DNA of 64,000 nucleotides from Balanoglossus misakiensis (Eukaryota; Animalia; Hemichordata): NCBI GenBank assembly GCA_040954595.2, contig CM082596.2, positions 310,001 to 374,000 on the forward strand, read 5' to 3'. The translations under genes and the position numbers were made by a program. This document shows, one piece after another, positions 12,431 to 25,330 of the stretch. Under the pieces are notes generated by a model. It was not told the origin of the DNA, ran no database searches, and saw only the letters and a list, made by a program, of their open reading frames with translations. The stretch's first letter is position 1, and each line of letters starts with the position of its first letter.

Positions 12431-14879
12431 ATAGTGCCCATGCTTGTGTCTATTATCACACGAGATGTAATTTTTTGTGTGTGAAAATATGGAAATTTAA
12501 GTTACCTGTGTATGTTGTGAGTGGAAGAATCATTGACAGATGTGTCATCAGGATCATGTTTAATGGCTTTAATGACCCTTAATAGCTTTGTTTACTTGAC
12601 CACTTATGGGATCACTGACGTTAAAGTTGTCACCTATTAAATTCAGTGGTTTGCACTTGACCTATAAGTGGTTCATTAAATTGTTTTCACCCATTCCCCG
12701 GGTATATTCTTCCCGTTTGACTTTTGACGGTAGAGTCAGCTGTACTGCACATTTTATATGTTAACAAAAATCAAAGAAGTTCAAGTAACTCCAAGACTGT
12801 TACCAGAATCCCTTATATTGCTTACTATAAAGTCAAATCCATATGCTGCATAGTCAAAACCATATAAAACTGAATATATCTCGACGGCACTATAATTATG
12901 CTTCATTTGTCATCAAAGTAGACGGTTATTATTGGGTAATTTAACATGTACAAGTTGACTGGCGCCTGTACAAATTGTTTTGTAATATCATATCGATATA
13001 TTATGCTTGTTGCTATTTTAATCTAATAATTTGCCGGGTATCATTTAGCGCTTGTCACATTAAATGCAACTTTAATATATTGCATTGGAATGCACTTCGC
13101 GATCTTTAACCTATGTGATATAATATGCAACTCAATTTATTCCAAAGATTTTGAACCAACATGACGGGAACACACAGGTGTCAAATTCAATTAGAAAAAT
13201 ACATGTTCTTCGTCTGTTTGAAGACAGAATAAAATACTGTTAAATGCTTATACAAAACATACCAGAATGTAGTCGATTTGTTACTACACAAAAATATGAT
13301 AATATTATATGACTGCATGAGCTTGTCGATGTGATAAAACTGGTACAAGTTTATCATAACTTGACTGTAAATGTACTACATCACTGATAGATTGATGTGT
13401 GTAGAACAGTGTCCGTTACCATGAAGTGATACGTGACATCAATTTCTGAGTAATTTCTTTGCTAATGTTGCATAATACACATACATCACAGTTTCATCGC
13501 TTTAAAAGTTGGTTAAATGGACTGTAAAATCACATTTCCCATTAAAGGGTCCATTTATCAATTTTCATTCAGACTTGCCACAGCGCGAATACGCTAAGCA
13601 CTTATTTAAACTTAGCTGAATCAATTTATTTCAACATCCACTCACAAGTGGGGGGACTGTGTCATCGATAGTAACTAATAATTATTATGATGGTGATTAT
13701 GCCCTTGTCACTTTGCCATGGAACTCAAATAGCTTTCCCTTTTAGGTTCAATGATGACCCAGATAAACTCTAGCCTGGTCTTAAAGACTTTTTCTCCTGT
13801 TCAATCTATTTCATAAGATTTCATCTCTATATTTAAAACAGAAGAGTTCAAACAGAACATTCCTTTTCCTGTATCTTTCCAAAGATCTCTTCACTGATGT
13901 ATTTGAGAGTTGCCTGGTCCTTGACTGGTTGTACTCACTCACTCTTTCTGAATTTTGTAAAATGATTTGTTGACAGTAAATTTGCTCGTTTTCAATTTCA
14001 TACTGAGGGGACCAGGATCGCTAATTATCACAAAAACCCAAAACATGCATTCAAAAATACAAACTAAAACAGAACATTGATTAAGATGCACAGCTTATGT
14101 CACAGTCAAAATGTGTTGAAGAAAGCCACACTGGTGTCAGAGTATATTGCCTACTTTTCACTGTTTGATATTGTGTTTTCATGGAGTCAGTAAAGCTGTC
14201 AAAGTGTACATGTACGTCATAAATGATCTCTGACCTTTATAGCTATTGTATGTGAAGTATTATTTGCGTTTACTGTCGTGGTTCAGTATCTTGGTATAAG
14301 CATTCAAAGTTTAGGGAGAAACATTTTTCACTATCGTTGTTGTTCAAACTGTCCTACATTCCCTACACTTCTGTTTTTCCAATGCCAATTGCCAAAATTG
14401 CTGATTGCTAAAAACCACACCTGGGGTAAATTACAGCAAAGGCGTCATATGCAAAATTAGAATTGATAGTTACCCACATATCTGAATAGGCTGTATCTCC
14501 AGGGTCTTCCATTTAGATGCATTTCGATGACCAGAGATTGCAACCTAAAATACCGCATACGTTTTGACTTAAGGTTTATTTTTTCATTTTGAAAGCATCT
14601 TGGCAACAGCTATTGTACGCAGATCTTTAGTACTGTAGCATAGATTGGGAAAAGACTTTTCAGAACGCCTCCGGCATCAAAGTTTTTCAAGAATGAGGCA
14701 GGATGATGAAGTGAAACTTTAATGTCGAAAATGACACCTTACAGCAGTACAAAGCAGTGCCACTTATCAACGGGGCGCCGTAATAGCAAAACGTGATAAC
14801 CTAGCGATGCAGTGTCTCAAATACTGTTCCCGAGGGAAAACAATGGTCAAGTCCTAAAATTCTCACATGATATCGATAC

Positions 14880-16260
14880 TTCTATGTGCCCAAATAAAGC
14901 TTGGACCCTTATAAGCAATCCTCTCTGCAGGCCAAAAGACCAACAACGGTTACTGATGCAGAATATTCATAAAGCGTCTTGAAGACTTCAATCTACAATA
15001 TGGAAAAGTCATCTTCGATGCAAAATTATCAGTCTCTAAATCAAACGGTTGACGTCATCTTTAAAATAGAGGATTATTTATCAACAGATTCAGTGCTAAT
15101 CGTTTGGTTCTCCAGGGAAATGACTTATGGATATGGATTGAATTGCAAAGACGTCTCATGACCCCAATTCTATTTTCCGTTATTCTGTATTAAAACTTTG
15201 CTTGACGAATTGGCTCTCTAATTGAAGATAAGTTGAAGTCTTTCAGAAAAAAAGTGTCAAATACCTTCACAATATTCATTACCTTTTCCAAATCTAAAAT
15301 CCTTCTCATGTAAGATTTCAAGACAACTTAATTGTAGTAAAATCTTTATAAACACCAAACGAAGGCACATTGCGGCAAAACTAAACAACCGCAAATACAC
15401 AACAAACTAAATATGGGAGGATACAAGTCAGATTTCACAACGTTTTTGCTGTCGTCTGCTGCAGTACCATCCGCGATGAAAAATTCGAATGATCAAACCT
15501 ATGTAGTGTGATATGTTGAATCATCACCAAGTGATTTGTCAATGGAAGTACGGTATTTCTTTCGTGATATTTTAAGCTTGTTTATTGTTTTGTTTTGTTT
15601 TAAAAATGGCCAATTACTGTTTACCCTCCTGGGTGGAGTGTTCTTCTAATAAAGGGAGTGCAGCAAGAATCTATTTCAGACCTGTCTGAATAAACGCTCC
15701 GGGCAGAAAGACACAGACTCCAATCTATATCTCACAGTTCAGACTTCCGGCCTGTGGGGATTGAATATTACTACCTGTCTGTGTATGCCCTTGCCAGAGG
15801 AAAGCATTTTGCTAGAATCAGGTGGGCAAATTATGATCTCTTGTCAGCCAAGAATTTCAATCTTGATATGGCCGTATATGAAAAGCCAAGATGTCCAAGC
15901 AACATCAACGCCTGTAACAATCATAGATTGATGATTTAAACATCGAGTAATGGCTACTGCCTTCCTTTACGAATTTTGATCCGACTGTGACCGCCATCAG
16001 TCTGATCTTTTTGCCTGAATTCCCTTTTCATCTATTACATTTCACTGTGTCCATGCAGGGATGAATTCGGCAAATCAAACTAAGTCAGTGGGCAGAACTG
16101 AATGCAGAACTTTCGAATGCAAAAACACGAGTGCCAAAGATGCTCACCCTACACCTTTGATCAGAAGGGGGCGTATTTTGAGCTCGACATTTAGCAAAAG
16201 CTTATTAAGCTTCAGGTCATACAACTCCGTGGGATTTGAGAGAGTCTTCATTGTAATGAT
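14880..16260 (+). mobile_element. CR1-like LINE RT relic, probably interrupted by unrelated sequence at ~15330-15610
   Basis: PNKA-GP (14890), KSSSMQNYQSL...FKIE, YG, GVQQESISD (15655, GVPQGSILG-like), RWA...FN, and SANQT..G..CRTF...K...LIR...FERV (ORF 16061..16270). Confidence 0.65.
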
Positions 16261-17899
16261 TCTGGCTTAAAGCAGTATCAGTCTTTCTTAAGAAGTAAAT
16301 GCATAAATTTTTATTTGCTCCATCTTGCCATGCAATGAGAAAATTCAAATGAACAGAAAAATATTTTGTGACAGCCATATTATAACATTTGTTATTCACA
16401 AAGATGGCATGAACAGGTTTTTAAATATGTTCTTCACTTTTGGAATCACCTTTTAGGGGCAGGTATTATTTGTAGACACCATTCCTTACACATTCTCTTG
16501 GTGGCAACCATGGGAGGAATGCACAAAGTGGGAAATTTCCACACACACACACGTACGGGGATACTAGGAGTGAGAAACTAACCATGTGGTCATGTTTTCG
16601 CAACTTCCCAATACATATTCACCCAACACAATTATCATCTGTATATCCCCATGAGAGAAATTTCGTGAAAACTAATTTTCAAAAGTCAAATAGGGTTTAC
16701 CTGAACATTCTTCTGGGTCGTGCTTGGTACTATTTTGAAGCTAATAACATACATTTCAGGGGGGAATCTGTGATGGCGTCTGCGATAAGCCCATGGAAGT
16801 GTTATATTTAATTAAATATAACAGGGAATCATTGGGTAGCCATTACATTTGGCAGTTTCGAAATTATCACATAGGACATGGTTTCTTCCTTAGAAGTCAT
16901 ACATTAACGATTTGACTGGAATCACGTTTGTAGATCATTGGTGATGTGTAAATTCTAGAGATACAAGTCCCCTTGAGGGTTACAGCCAAACAGAATCCAA
17001 TTTATCGATCGTAGAAATCACAAAGTGTTGTCACATTAAGCAATGGGGATTATTAGGTGAACGAAAACATATTTGTTTTATTAATGACAATTGGTGATTT
17101 CTTTTCAAGGGTCACTTTCAAAAGTATTGATTTTCTCGTGTTATTCTCTTGTTATTGTACATGGTTTATTAATAAAACATAGAAGAGAGCAGGAGAATAC
17201 ATTGGCGCCACCACATTTCACTAGAGATTTCCAAGAAATTTCTAGGAACCCTGTCTCGAATTAAGCAAGATAGGCTACAGAATTGGTTATGGGCTATGAT
17301 TTCAATGAGGTCACGGAAGCCAACCACTTGGAGTTAGATCAATTTGTTAAATGTCAATTGCAAGCGAATATTGGCCATAAAAATTATGGTAAACACCATT
17401 CATGATTTGCAACCGCAGCAGCAACTTTGAACCTGAAATGTTGTCAGCAGGACGACAAACACTGTTTGGATTACGATGACGCCAAAATATACAAATATTC
17501 AGACAAGTAATCTTTGCCCCTTGTGATGTCACGAAGGAGCAGCTTCAATGTTTTTTCTGTTATGAGTGTATTGCTTTCTAGTCTCCTAAGTCACGTGAGT
17601 AATTGACGTTTATGTTTTTGAATCACCTGCTTCAAGATGTTAACGGGACTTTTAAAGACTTTTATTACTTTCATGTCCAAGTTAAGATTATAAAATTCAA
17701 CATACCAATTTATGAAAAATCTAATGAGACAAGACTAATTACTGAACATTTCATGTACATGGCTTCTTATCCTGCATAATGTATACCTGAGCTTACGCGA
17801 GTGAGAATAAAATCAAAAGAAAATTGTGTTTGGGGACCATAGAAGTCAATGACCATAAATACCAATCGTTTTTAAAGTACAATTTATATTTCCACTTAC

Positions 17900-18290
17900 C
17901 ACGAGCACATGGAGTTATATTAAGGGAATTAGATGTCGACGTGCAATGGATACAAGTATGTCATGACTGTGGCAATTCAAATGCATAATCCATAACAACT
18001 ATTCTGTAAATTACCAGGAGGTCCTTCATTGTGTACATAAAATGACTACGGGACGCCCATTAGATATATTGTGCTCGTAAATCTGACGTGCAAATTGGGA
18101 ACGAAGGAAAGGTGACTGCAGGTGTAAAGATGGAGAATAGTGGTTTGTTTCAGCATGGACAAGGAAAAAGTTCCTTGGCTGTGCTTTCAATGCAGTCAGA
18201 TATCTTTATTTTGACTTTTGCCTATTTGCAAAGTAGTCAGCAACTCGATTTAAAAAAATTAAGCTTTAAATAATCTTGGATATGCTTTTA
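17900..18290 (+). mobile_element. CR1-like LINE RT relic
   Basis: QWI, LPGGP, FIVYI-(N)D (~18025), RW....FSMDK, then LG, in canonical order. Confidence 0.5.
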
Positions 18291-18949
18291 ATTCTATCTA
18301 TTAAATGATATTGCCTGATAGTATATCAAGAAAACACTTATTTATGACAAAATGACCAAAAAACAAAAGAAATCATCAATTCGATTGTGCCCATCATTCC
18401 ACAAGCATATTATACAGTACATATGCATGCATGCAGGCGGATTCGACAGCCAGACAGGCAGGCAGAATAACAGGTCACACTATATGTCTTTTTTCATAAA
18501 AATTATCAGCTTGCCGTGACCTACGCTATTGATAATTACAAGGGACGACAGAAATGCCAACTAGCACATATTATTTGTGTCATCACATCACAGGGAGCAT
18601 GTATTTTTATCCGCTATAGTAGAGTCTGGTTACAATTTAATGGATGGATATGTGTTCTACCGCTTGAAAAGGGGTCCGTATGAAATACAATATGAATAAT
18701 GATGGGCATAAATGATTTTGAAGTATGTAGGCCTACTGGCGGTAAGCTATAGTGTAATGGTCCACCTCTTCAAATCCCCAATTAGGCCTGGGGACGAGTA
18801 AATGATTGGAGATATATGTTCCCTGTGCCATGTATAAGACAGCGGAGCAAAATTATGAGGACAAGTTTGCTTGCGCTATCTACCGTACGTTCATCAGGCC
18901 AAAGTTTTCTTCGGAGTACAGTTAATCAAAAAGTTCGTAAACAAAGAGC

Positions 18950-19300
18950 AACCCATGATGACAGCTACGATTTCTTTCCAGTGTAAACTGAAAACTGCCT
19001 GCGTACTTGTGAAGAGTATTCTCAAGAGAAGACACGACAACCTTATATTTTTATCCATCAAACAGGGCTTACCTTGAACGTTTCACCAGAGACTTCAGTG
19101 CGTTCACATCAACTGAAGATCACCTGATCTCTGCCAAACTATTGTGTGTTCTTGCACGCAGTCCCTATCTCCGTTGACAAATTGCTGGGGTATACTTCTT
19201 GATTTGCCAAGGAAGACGACGATGGTGCTCTGATCTTGATGGCTATGAAAGAAATAAATAGCGGAGATTGCCTTAACGTTAACAGGTTACAGGGAATGCC
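18950..19300 (+). mobile_element. LINE RT-core relic
   Basis: ACVLV...FLSIKQGLP, SP..FSAF-IN, FA..DD-MVL (~19205-19230), LNVN. Confidence 0.5.
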
Positions 19301-20199
19301 TAATCCTCCTCGGATCGTAAAAGTAAATCAATATCAAATAGCTTAGCCTAAGTAATGGGATTTCCCGGAGGGGCGATCGCCGGTAGCCACAACAGAGAAT
19401 CGTCAGAATTAGCTTAACTCGTCAAGGCTGGAATTGAAGCCGTGTGTAATAATGTCTTTCATGAACTCATTAAGACACTTGTGGGCTGGCAAGGTGCCGC
19501 TGTTATCGCCCCAAAGATGCCTGACAAACACACATGCCATTGCTTAAAGTGATTCAGCCAAAGATGATCCAACGCAAAGCTTCTTACTGTATTATCTAAA
19601 TCCCCATTTCAGCCTGCACCACTTATAATTCACTATGAAATAATCTATGCCCTGAGCAAAAACTGTATTTGTAATGAAACATCAACCATAGTGAGTCGTC
19701 TTCGTGCTCATGTTCTCACATGCGAAAGTATGCACTATGTTAGAAAATGATTTTAAAGTCATTTGGAAGTCTATAACTATACCTACTGTTATTTCTCATA
19801 TATTAACATGATATCATATATCTTCCCATGTTTTTAATGAAACATGACGTTCGTATACTATCGCCTTGTATGTAATATTTTTTTCCGTTTTATAGATGAT
19901 GCATGCTGTTGTGTCATATGAGGATATATCGCCCTAAGCAGAATCTGTGAGCTTGTACATCGGACCCATTAACAGACACATAGCCATAACATAAAACATT
20001 CACGTAGGCCATTGTCGACATCATTGGCTTTCCATGGATGTCAGACGGCATCTATTGGATTAATAAAAGGTAATGGTGTCTGAGAAACAATAAGGGGTCT
20101 TCAGTATTGATTCCTTGACCCACACGTGTTTCCCCGAGCAATAAGTTAATTTGGCTGATTAGAAAAGTGAATGGAGTTATCGCGGGCAGCGTTAGGATT

Positions 20200-20860
20200 G
20201 TGAGCGATGCTGGCCAGGCAAGATATGAATGTTGTCGACAACCTGAAACCTCTGTCCGTCGACTTTGGTGAGTTAGGGTATTTACCAATTTGGTTCGAGG
20301 CAATATTTTCTAATGAGATAGGGGTTCTATTATCTTCATTACAAGCAAAACACCCAAAATTGTTGCCCACAAATGGTGGTTGTATCCAATTGCTTCTGTT
20401 ATTCCCCAAACGCAGCATGAAACAGAGTACGGGCTTGTAAGTTCACAACTGGGTAGTAGCTCAAAATCTAACCAAACATAGACGTAAATCGCCAGACTGA
20501 TTGGTGCATGATGGCAATAAAATCACTTTATTGGAAACTTTCACTTGGGAATCAGACTTGATACCATGCGCATTGTACCAGTCACCACTATCAAAAGATA
20601 GTGCTAGTTCCTAACAGAATCAAGTTACAGATGATGATTTGAAAATCCCAATCACGTTCCTAGCATTTGGTAAGTTTGTACCGGAAACGGTGCATTCAGG
20701 CTGTGAAATCATTACAGAAATTACAAGTTTGTAACGAAACATTGTCAACGACTGAGCAAACTGCATACCTGACAAAATTTCTACGGTTGCCATGCGTAAC
20801 CATGATAACAAGCCTCTTAAATACATTTGATTTATGCTTTGCCATTTAAAGGCCAACCCA
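20200..20860 (+). mobile_element. L2-like LINE relic
   Basis: FEAIFSNEIGVLLSSLQAK, LSK, SLYRK...LQVCNETL (QSAYR..KVxNDIL-like), LLNTFDLCFAI (LL..L...FGI-like). Confidence 0.55.
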
Positions 20861-21569
20861 CAAAAAGAAGTACAGTATGTGCTAGAGTTGCAACGTCCAA
20901 GGACATGATCTTTGGGCATTAAATGTAATTTATTAAAAGAAGACAGGTGTGAAATGTTTTTATCTGTAAAAGAAAGACAAAATGAATACTTACAGTGAAT
21001 TGTAAGTCTACATGCTTCCCCAACAATATGTGATTTTTTAACAGAAGGCAAGTGTAATTCCAACGTGATTTATGATGTTGTATAATCTACATGATATTTA
21101 TGTAGTTCTAATATTGAAAAACAGTGTGCGACACACTGTCTTATGCATAATATAATTTATGGACTAAAGTGTCACCACATCCTGCAGATGTGAAGATTTG
21201 TTTTTGTTTTCATGAAATACGGGCAAACTGTACCATTTTCAAGAAAAGGGCAGAGGATTTTATATGAAATACTTTTTGATTACTTTCTTCCACTAAGTCC
21301 TTTAGTTTTAAAATTCATAGTGTCAATCTTTCATATTTGCATAGATATTGGTCAAGGAAACACACCTGACTTGTTTACATCTATGGCTAAATGACAAAGC
21401 TTGATATACTGCATGCGGAGCGACGTTGTGAAATTGTGTGTATAATTTAAGTCGACACGTTAATGCTGTTTGCAATTTTGATGATGGATGTTGTCACTGT
21501 GGTGAGTTTCTAGAATGTCAAGGAAAGACATCTAGTCCTGACGAATCACTCGATAATAATTACCATTAC

Positions 21570-21890
21570 TCTTTTCTATAACATCTTATCAGCGTTTTGT
21601 TTCACAGTGCTAATCATGCCTTTTTTGTAGAATAGAGAGGTTCGTTTCTCTGAAACTAAATGATGCTTTGAAGGCAACTGGCCTCGGGGCGACTTTCCTG
21701 TTGACAAAATATCTTCTACGAAGGAAAACTCTTCCCCTCCTCTCACTTAATGGTCTCATGTATCTAATGTACGACTTAATGTAAGATAAATTAGTACAGA
21801 CTTGATCATTTTCATTGGAACGAAAAAAGTGGTAATGGACTAAACCTAACATTTCCTGGTCAAGTCTGAGTGAGGAGTCCAAGACTTACT
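21570..21890 (-). mobile_element. L2-like LINE post-RT relic
   Basis: LDSSL...VC..LSY...IR..RP, N-SLFY, QNA, in the order expected for L2 ORF2. Confidence 0.45.
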
Positions 21891-23229
21891 TTCAATGTCT
21901 TTCAAGATTTAAAATTCCTGTAGAATTTGTGCGAGTCGATGTAGGGTTCATTTATAATATGCAAATGTCATCATCAGTCAATTGACAGAAAATATGAGTT
22001 AAGTGGTGTCCTGTGAATTACTCTGCTTGTACTTTCACTTATTTCGCTCGTGAAAGTACTGAATACACCATATCATTTGTGAAAATAATTTCTGTACGGC
22101 ACGGATAAGACGCAGAAGTCACAGCGTTCTTTTATATTATCTTGCCATAATGTCTATGGTAAAAATATCCTCAGATGTTGTAATCGACATTAATTTTGAA
22201 GGTATATAATTACACCTCATCTAGTCGGCACCAGACACTTATCATGGCAAATCAAACATACCAGAATATTTACAATGTATCTTATAGTGTACTGAGCATC
22301 AAATGATGTTCAATTTTGCAGCATCGGGCTTCCGGGAATTAGTTTGAATTTAATGCGATTGCCTGTCATTTTGATTTTTGCACCTAGTCTCACTTATAAA
22401 TGCATTTTTTTCTGAAAGCAAGCATAAGCCAGGATGATCTTTGAGCTTGTTCTTTGGCTTTGAAGGGAAGGGGGAGGCTACTTTTAATATCTGCTCGAGC
22501 AATGTATGAGAGCAAATTTACACGTCGTATAAATGTATATAGCATAATGATTATTTCCTGGTACATGATAGTCTACGCTAGAAAGTTTCAGGATGTTCTT
22601 ATATGAATGTCTTTGAGTAATATCGCACAGATATTCGACATACATGTTGCATAGATATCATGGCAAATTTCAAGGGTTTTCGGAAGTTTCCAGACTTCAC
22701 CAAAATATACTAATGCCAGGAACATGCAAAATTTGCATTATCAAAAGTGCCGACTCTTTGCGGCGACACTTAGAGACAGACGACTAGTGGCACCAGGAGG
22801 GTACACGCTTGATTTGTAGTCTTATAGGTACAGATTACCTCACAGGGGAAACTTCACGAGTGTTCGGACAAGATTTGCCACCTGGTTATGAGTGACGTCA
22901 CTAACATCATCAGTGTGAATAATTAAAATTCAATGCAAATCTGAAAGTAGAAACTGAGTATGCTTGATCCCTTCATGGCATCAATAAAGATGATAACGCT
23001 ATACACACTAAATCAAAAAATGATGTTATGAGTTCATATATTCTATTCTGGCAATATACAAGCTAGGTAATTATAGATGATGCTCAGTTGTGGTTGCTAT
23101 AGCTACAACTGCATGAGTTCCATTACTTCTGACCAGAGGCCAGGTTCAATCTTACAAAACCCGGTGCTCAGGTTTGCATGGTGCTACTGCCAGTATCAGG
23201 TTGTCGTTACGGGAATGCAGTCATTAAAG

Positions 23230-23550
23230 CAAACATTAACTCACACCTAGCCCAAGGAAGGAATTCCAGTACTTTTTAAACGTCAGTGTCACCACATCGT
23301 ACAAAATCTTCAAGACAACTGTGACTTTAACTCAGAACTGCCGGACGGAATTTGGAAACCAGAAGAGATATCCACTACAATAAGTGACAAAGATGCTTTT
23401 CTAAGTAGTATAATACACGAGCGATGACATGTGTTCTGAATCTAACCTGTCCAAGGTCTCTGCCAGAATGATGATGATGGAAGCCCTGGCTATCGATGAT
23501 ACAATGGTCACCAATGGTGCAAATTTGGCGAGACAGAAAGGGTATCCTAT
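23230..23550 (+). mobile_element. Penelope-like GIY-YIG endonuclease relic
   Basis: LTH..PKEGIP, YKI (23300), NCD, GRNLETRRDIH (23343-23375; GRxLxTRxxEH), ESN...R...EALAI (23480), RQKGY (NRDxG-like). Confidence 0.6.
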
Positions 23551-24489
23551 GAAAAAACATTCGCTTTCTTCGCATATTTCAAAGATTGATTTTAGAAGTG
23601 AAGGTTTAGACTTTAATTGACTAGATCGTGTGATAAGGTTCCATAAGTAGTTATACTATTAACTTACTGCACACGTCTTCTTTTGTGGCACACAGGGTCA
23701 GAAAAGATGTTTGAACTGTACTATAAACACGTCGTCTTGGTCGTTAAGTTGGTCCACTTGTGGCGATTAAAATTTAAGATCGATTTTATCGATGGCACAG
23801 GCGATGATGATTGAGATTTGCTTGTTAAAACCAACTTCGTCTCCACAGAGCCTAATGCAAACATCAAACTAAACTCTTGAGTCATTTATTTGGGTTGACA
23901 TTTATTTGCCAATTCAGTATAATTACAGATACCCTATAACAGTTCATGAAGATCGATTCCTTTCACATGACAATAGCATTATTCGAGAAACACCATGTGC
24001 AAAAGAGTGTTGTCTCATAATCATGGCTTTGCATGTTCTTGTGTATGTCTCACTGATTTAACTTATGTCAAGGGGTCGACACCTTCACAAACCATCGATG
24101 GATGTTTTCGCTTTCGATCACATACTTTAACAGGCCCATAGTAAAGTTAATTGCTACTTTAAGGAACACCAACCTAAGAACCTTAGCAATAATGCTAATA
24201 GACTAGATGGCGCGGAAAAAAACACACCCTTAGCAAATGTCAATCAGAAGTCAACCCACGAAGCTTCAACCTTTGGCTTACAAGCACAATTTTACTACAA
24301 CTTAATGGAGTTGGCTCCACTTACTTAAATGTAAAAAAAATATTCTACATCTGGTCCAGATACATCACATAAAGAGGGCTCATTGATATGATTACATAAG
24401 AATAGGTCAACATATTTCTTGATGATCCTTGAAAATGCTATATAACTTCTAAATAAAATCGTTGTATTAATTGCATTATGCAAATAAAC

Positions 24490-25330
24490 CCTGTACATAC
24501 ATGGATATGTATGCATGTTAGCCATACCAAGTGCCATCTATGAGGGCTCAGCGAATCACACCCATCAAGAGGCCTCATTCGACTTGTTTTTGCTACAGTG
24601 TAAAACCTTTACTTTTGCATGGCCACACAACGAACATCAGTTTTCTACTGCATTGGATATGCCTTCACCACCAAGTGGGTATTTTGAATCAGAAGAGTGA
24701 ACGTGGTCGTTAACGATACCAGGCCTTGGGCATGAGGAAGGCGGGATGAGAAAACATGAGTTAATGGATCTTTTGGCCCAACGGGATAGAGTAAGACTAT
24801 TCAGTTGACGGTACGGGTGACGAATATCGCTTTCAGGGACAACATAGTTTTCTTGTCTTCCCACATTAGAGAGAGGCAGCACACATGACATCTAGTCAAC
24901 ACTATGCAGGTTTGCAGTTATTGTACTTTGCCGTGCCATTAAAGAAGCAGACAAGCCTTTCAGCGAATCTATCCAAGTGACCAAGCCCCACTGACTTATT
25001 AGCTCATCCTGGAGCATCACAATTTCATCACTTCCAGCTGGTGAAATCATTTCAATATATAATTTTTAAATGCAATACCCACATATGATGATAAGTACAC
25101 TTCTACTGTCATTATCTTCAAAAATTGCAGGCAGAAGGATAAGGATTTAAAAATTGAAGAGTAACCAAAGGGGTCAAGGATCCAGTTTTGATATATAGCA
25201 CTAGGTTTGTACCAACTGCAATTGTTTGCATTCAAATTTCAGAAGGTCTGCCATTGTACCTATATGATTGAAAAACCTTGATCAATCATCAACAAAAGTT
25301 TTATCTTGAAGAGTTCCAATCCATATACGC
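24490..25330 (+). mobile_element. Penelope-like reverse transcriptase relic
   Basis: IP, FTF...HQFSTALDMPSPPS (F.F...Q..GTAMG...APS-like), RF..DNIVF (RYIDDIF-like), HP, FLN, ALGL. Confidence 0.55.
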
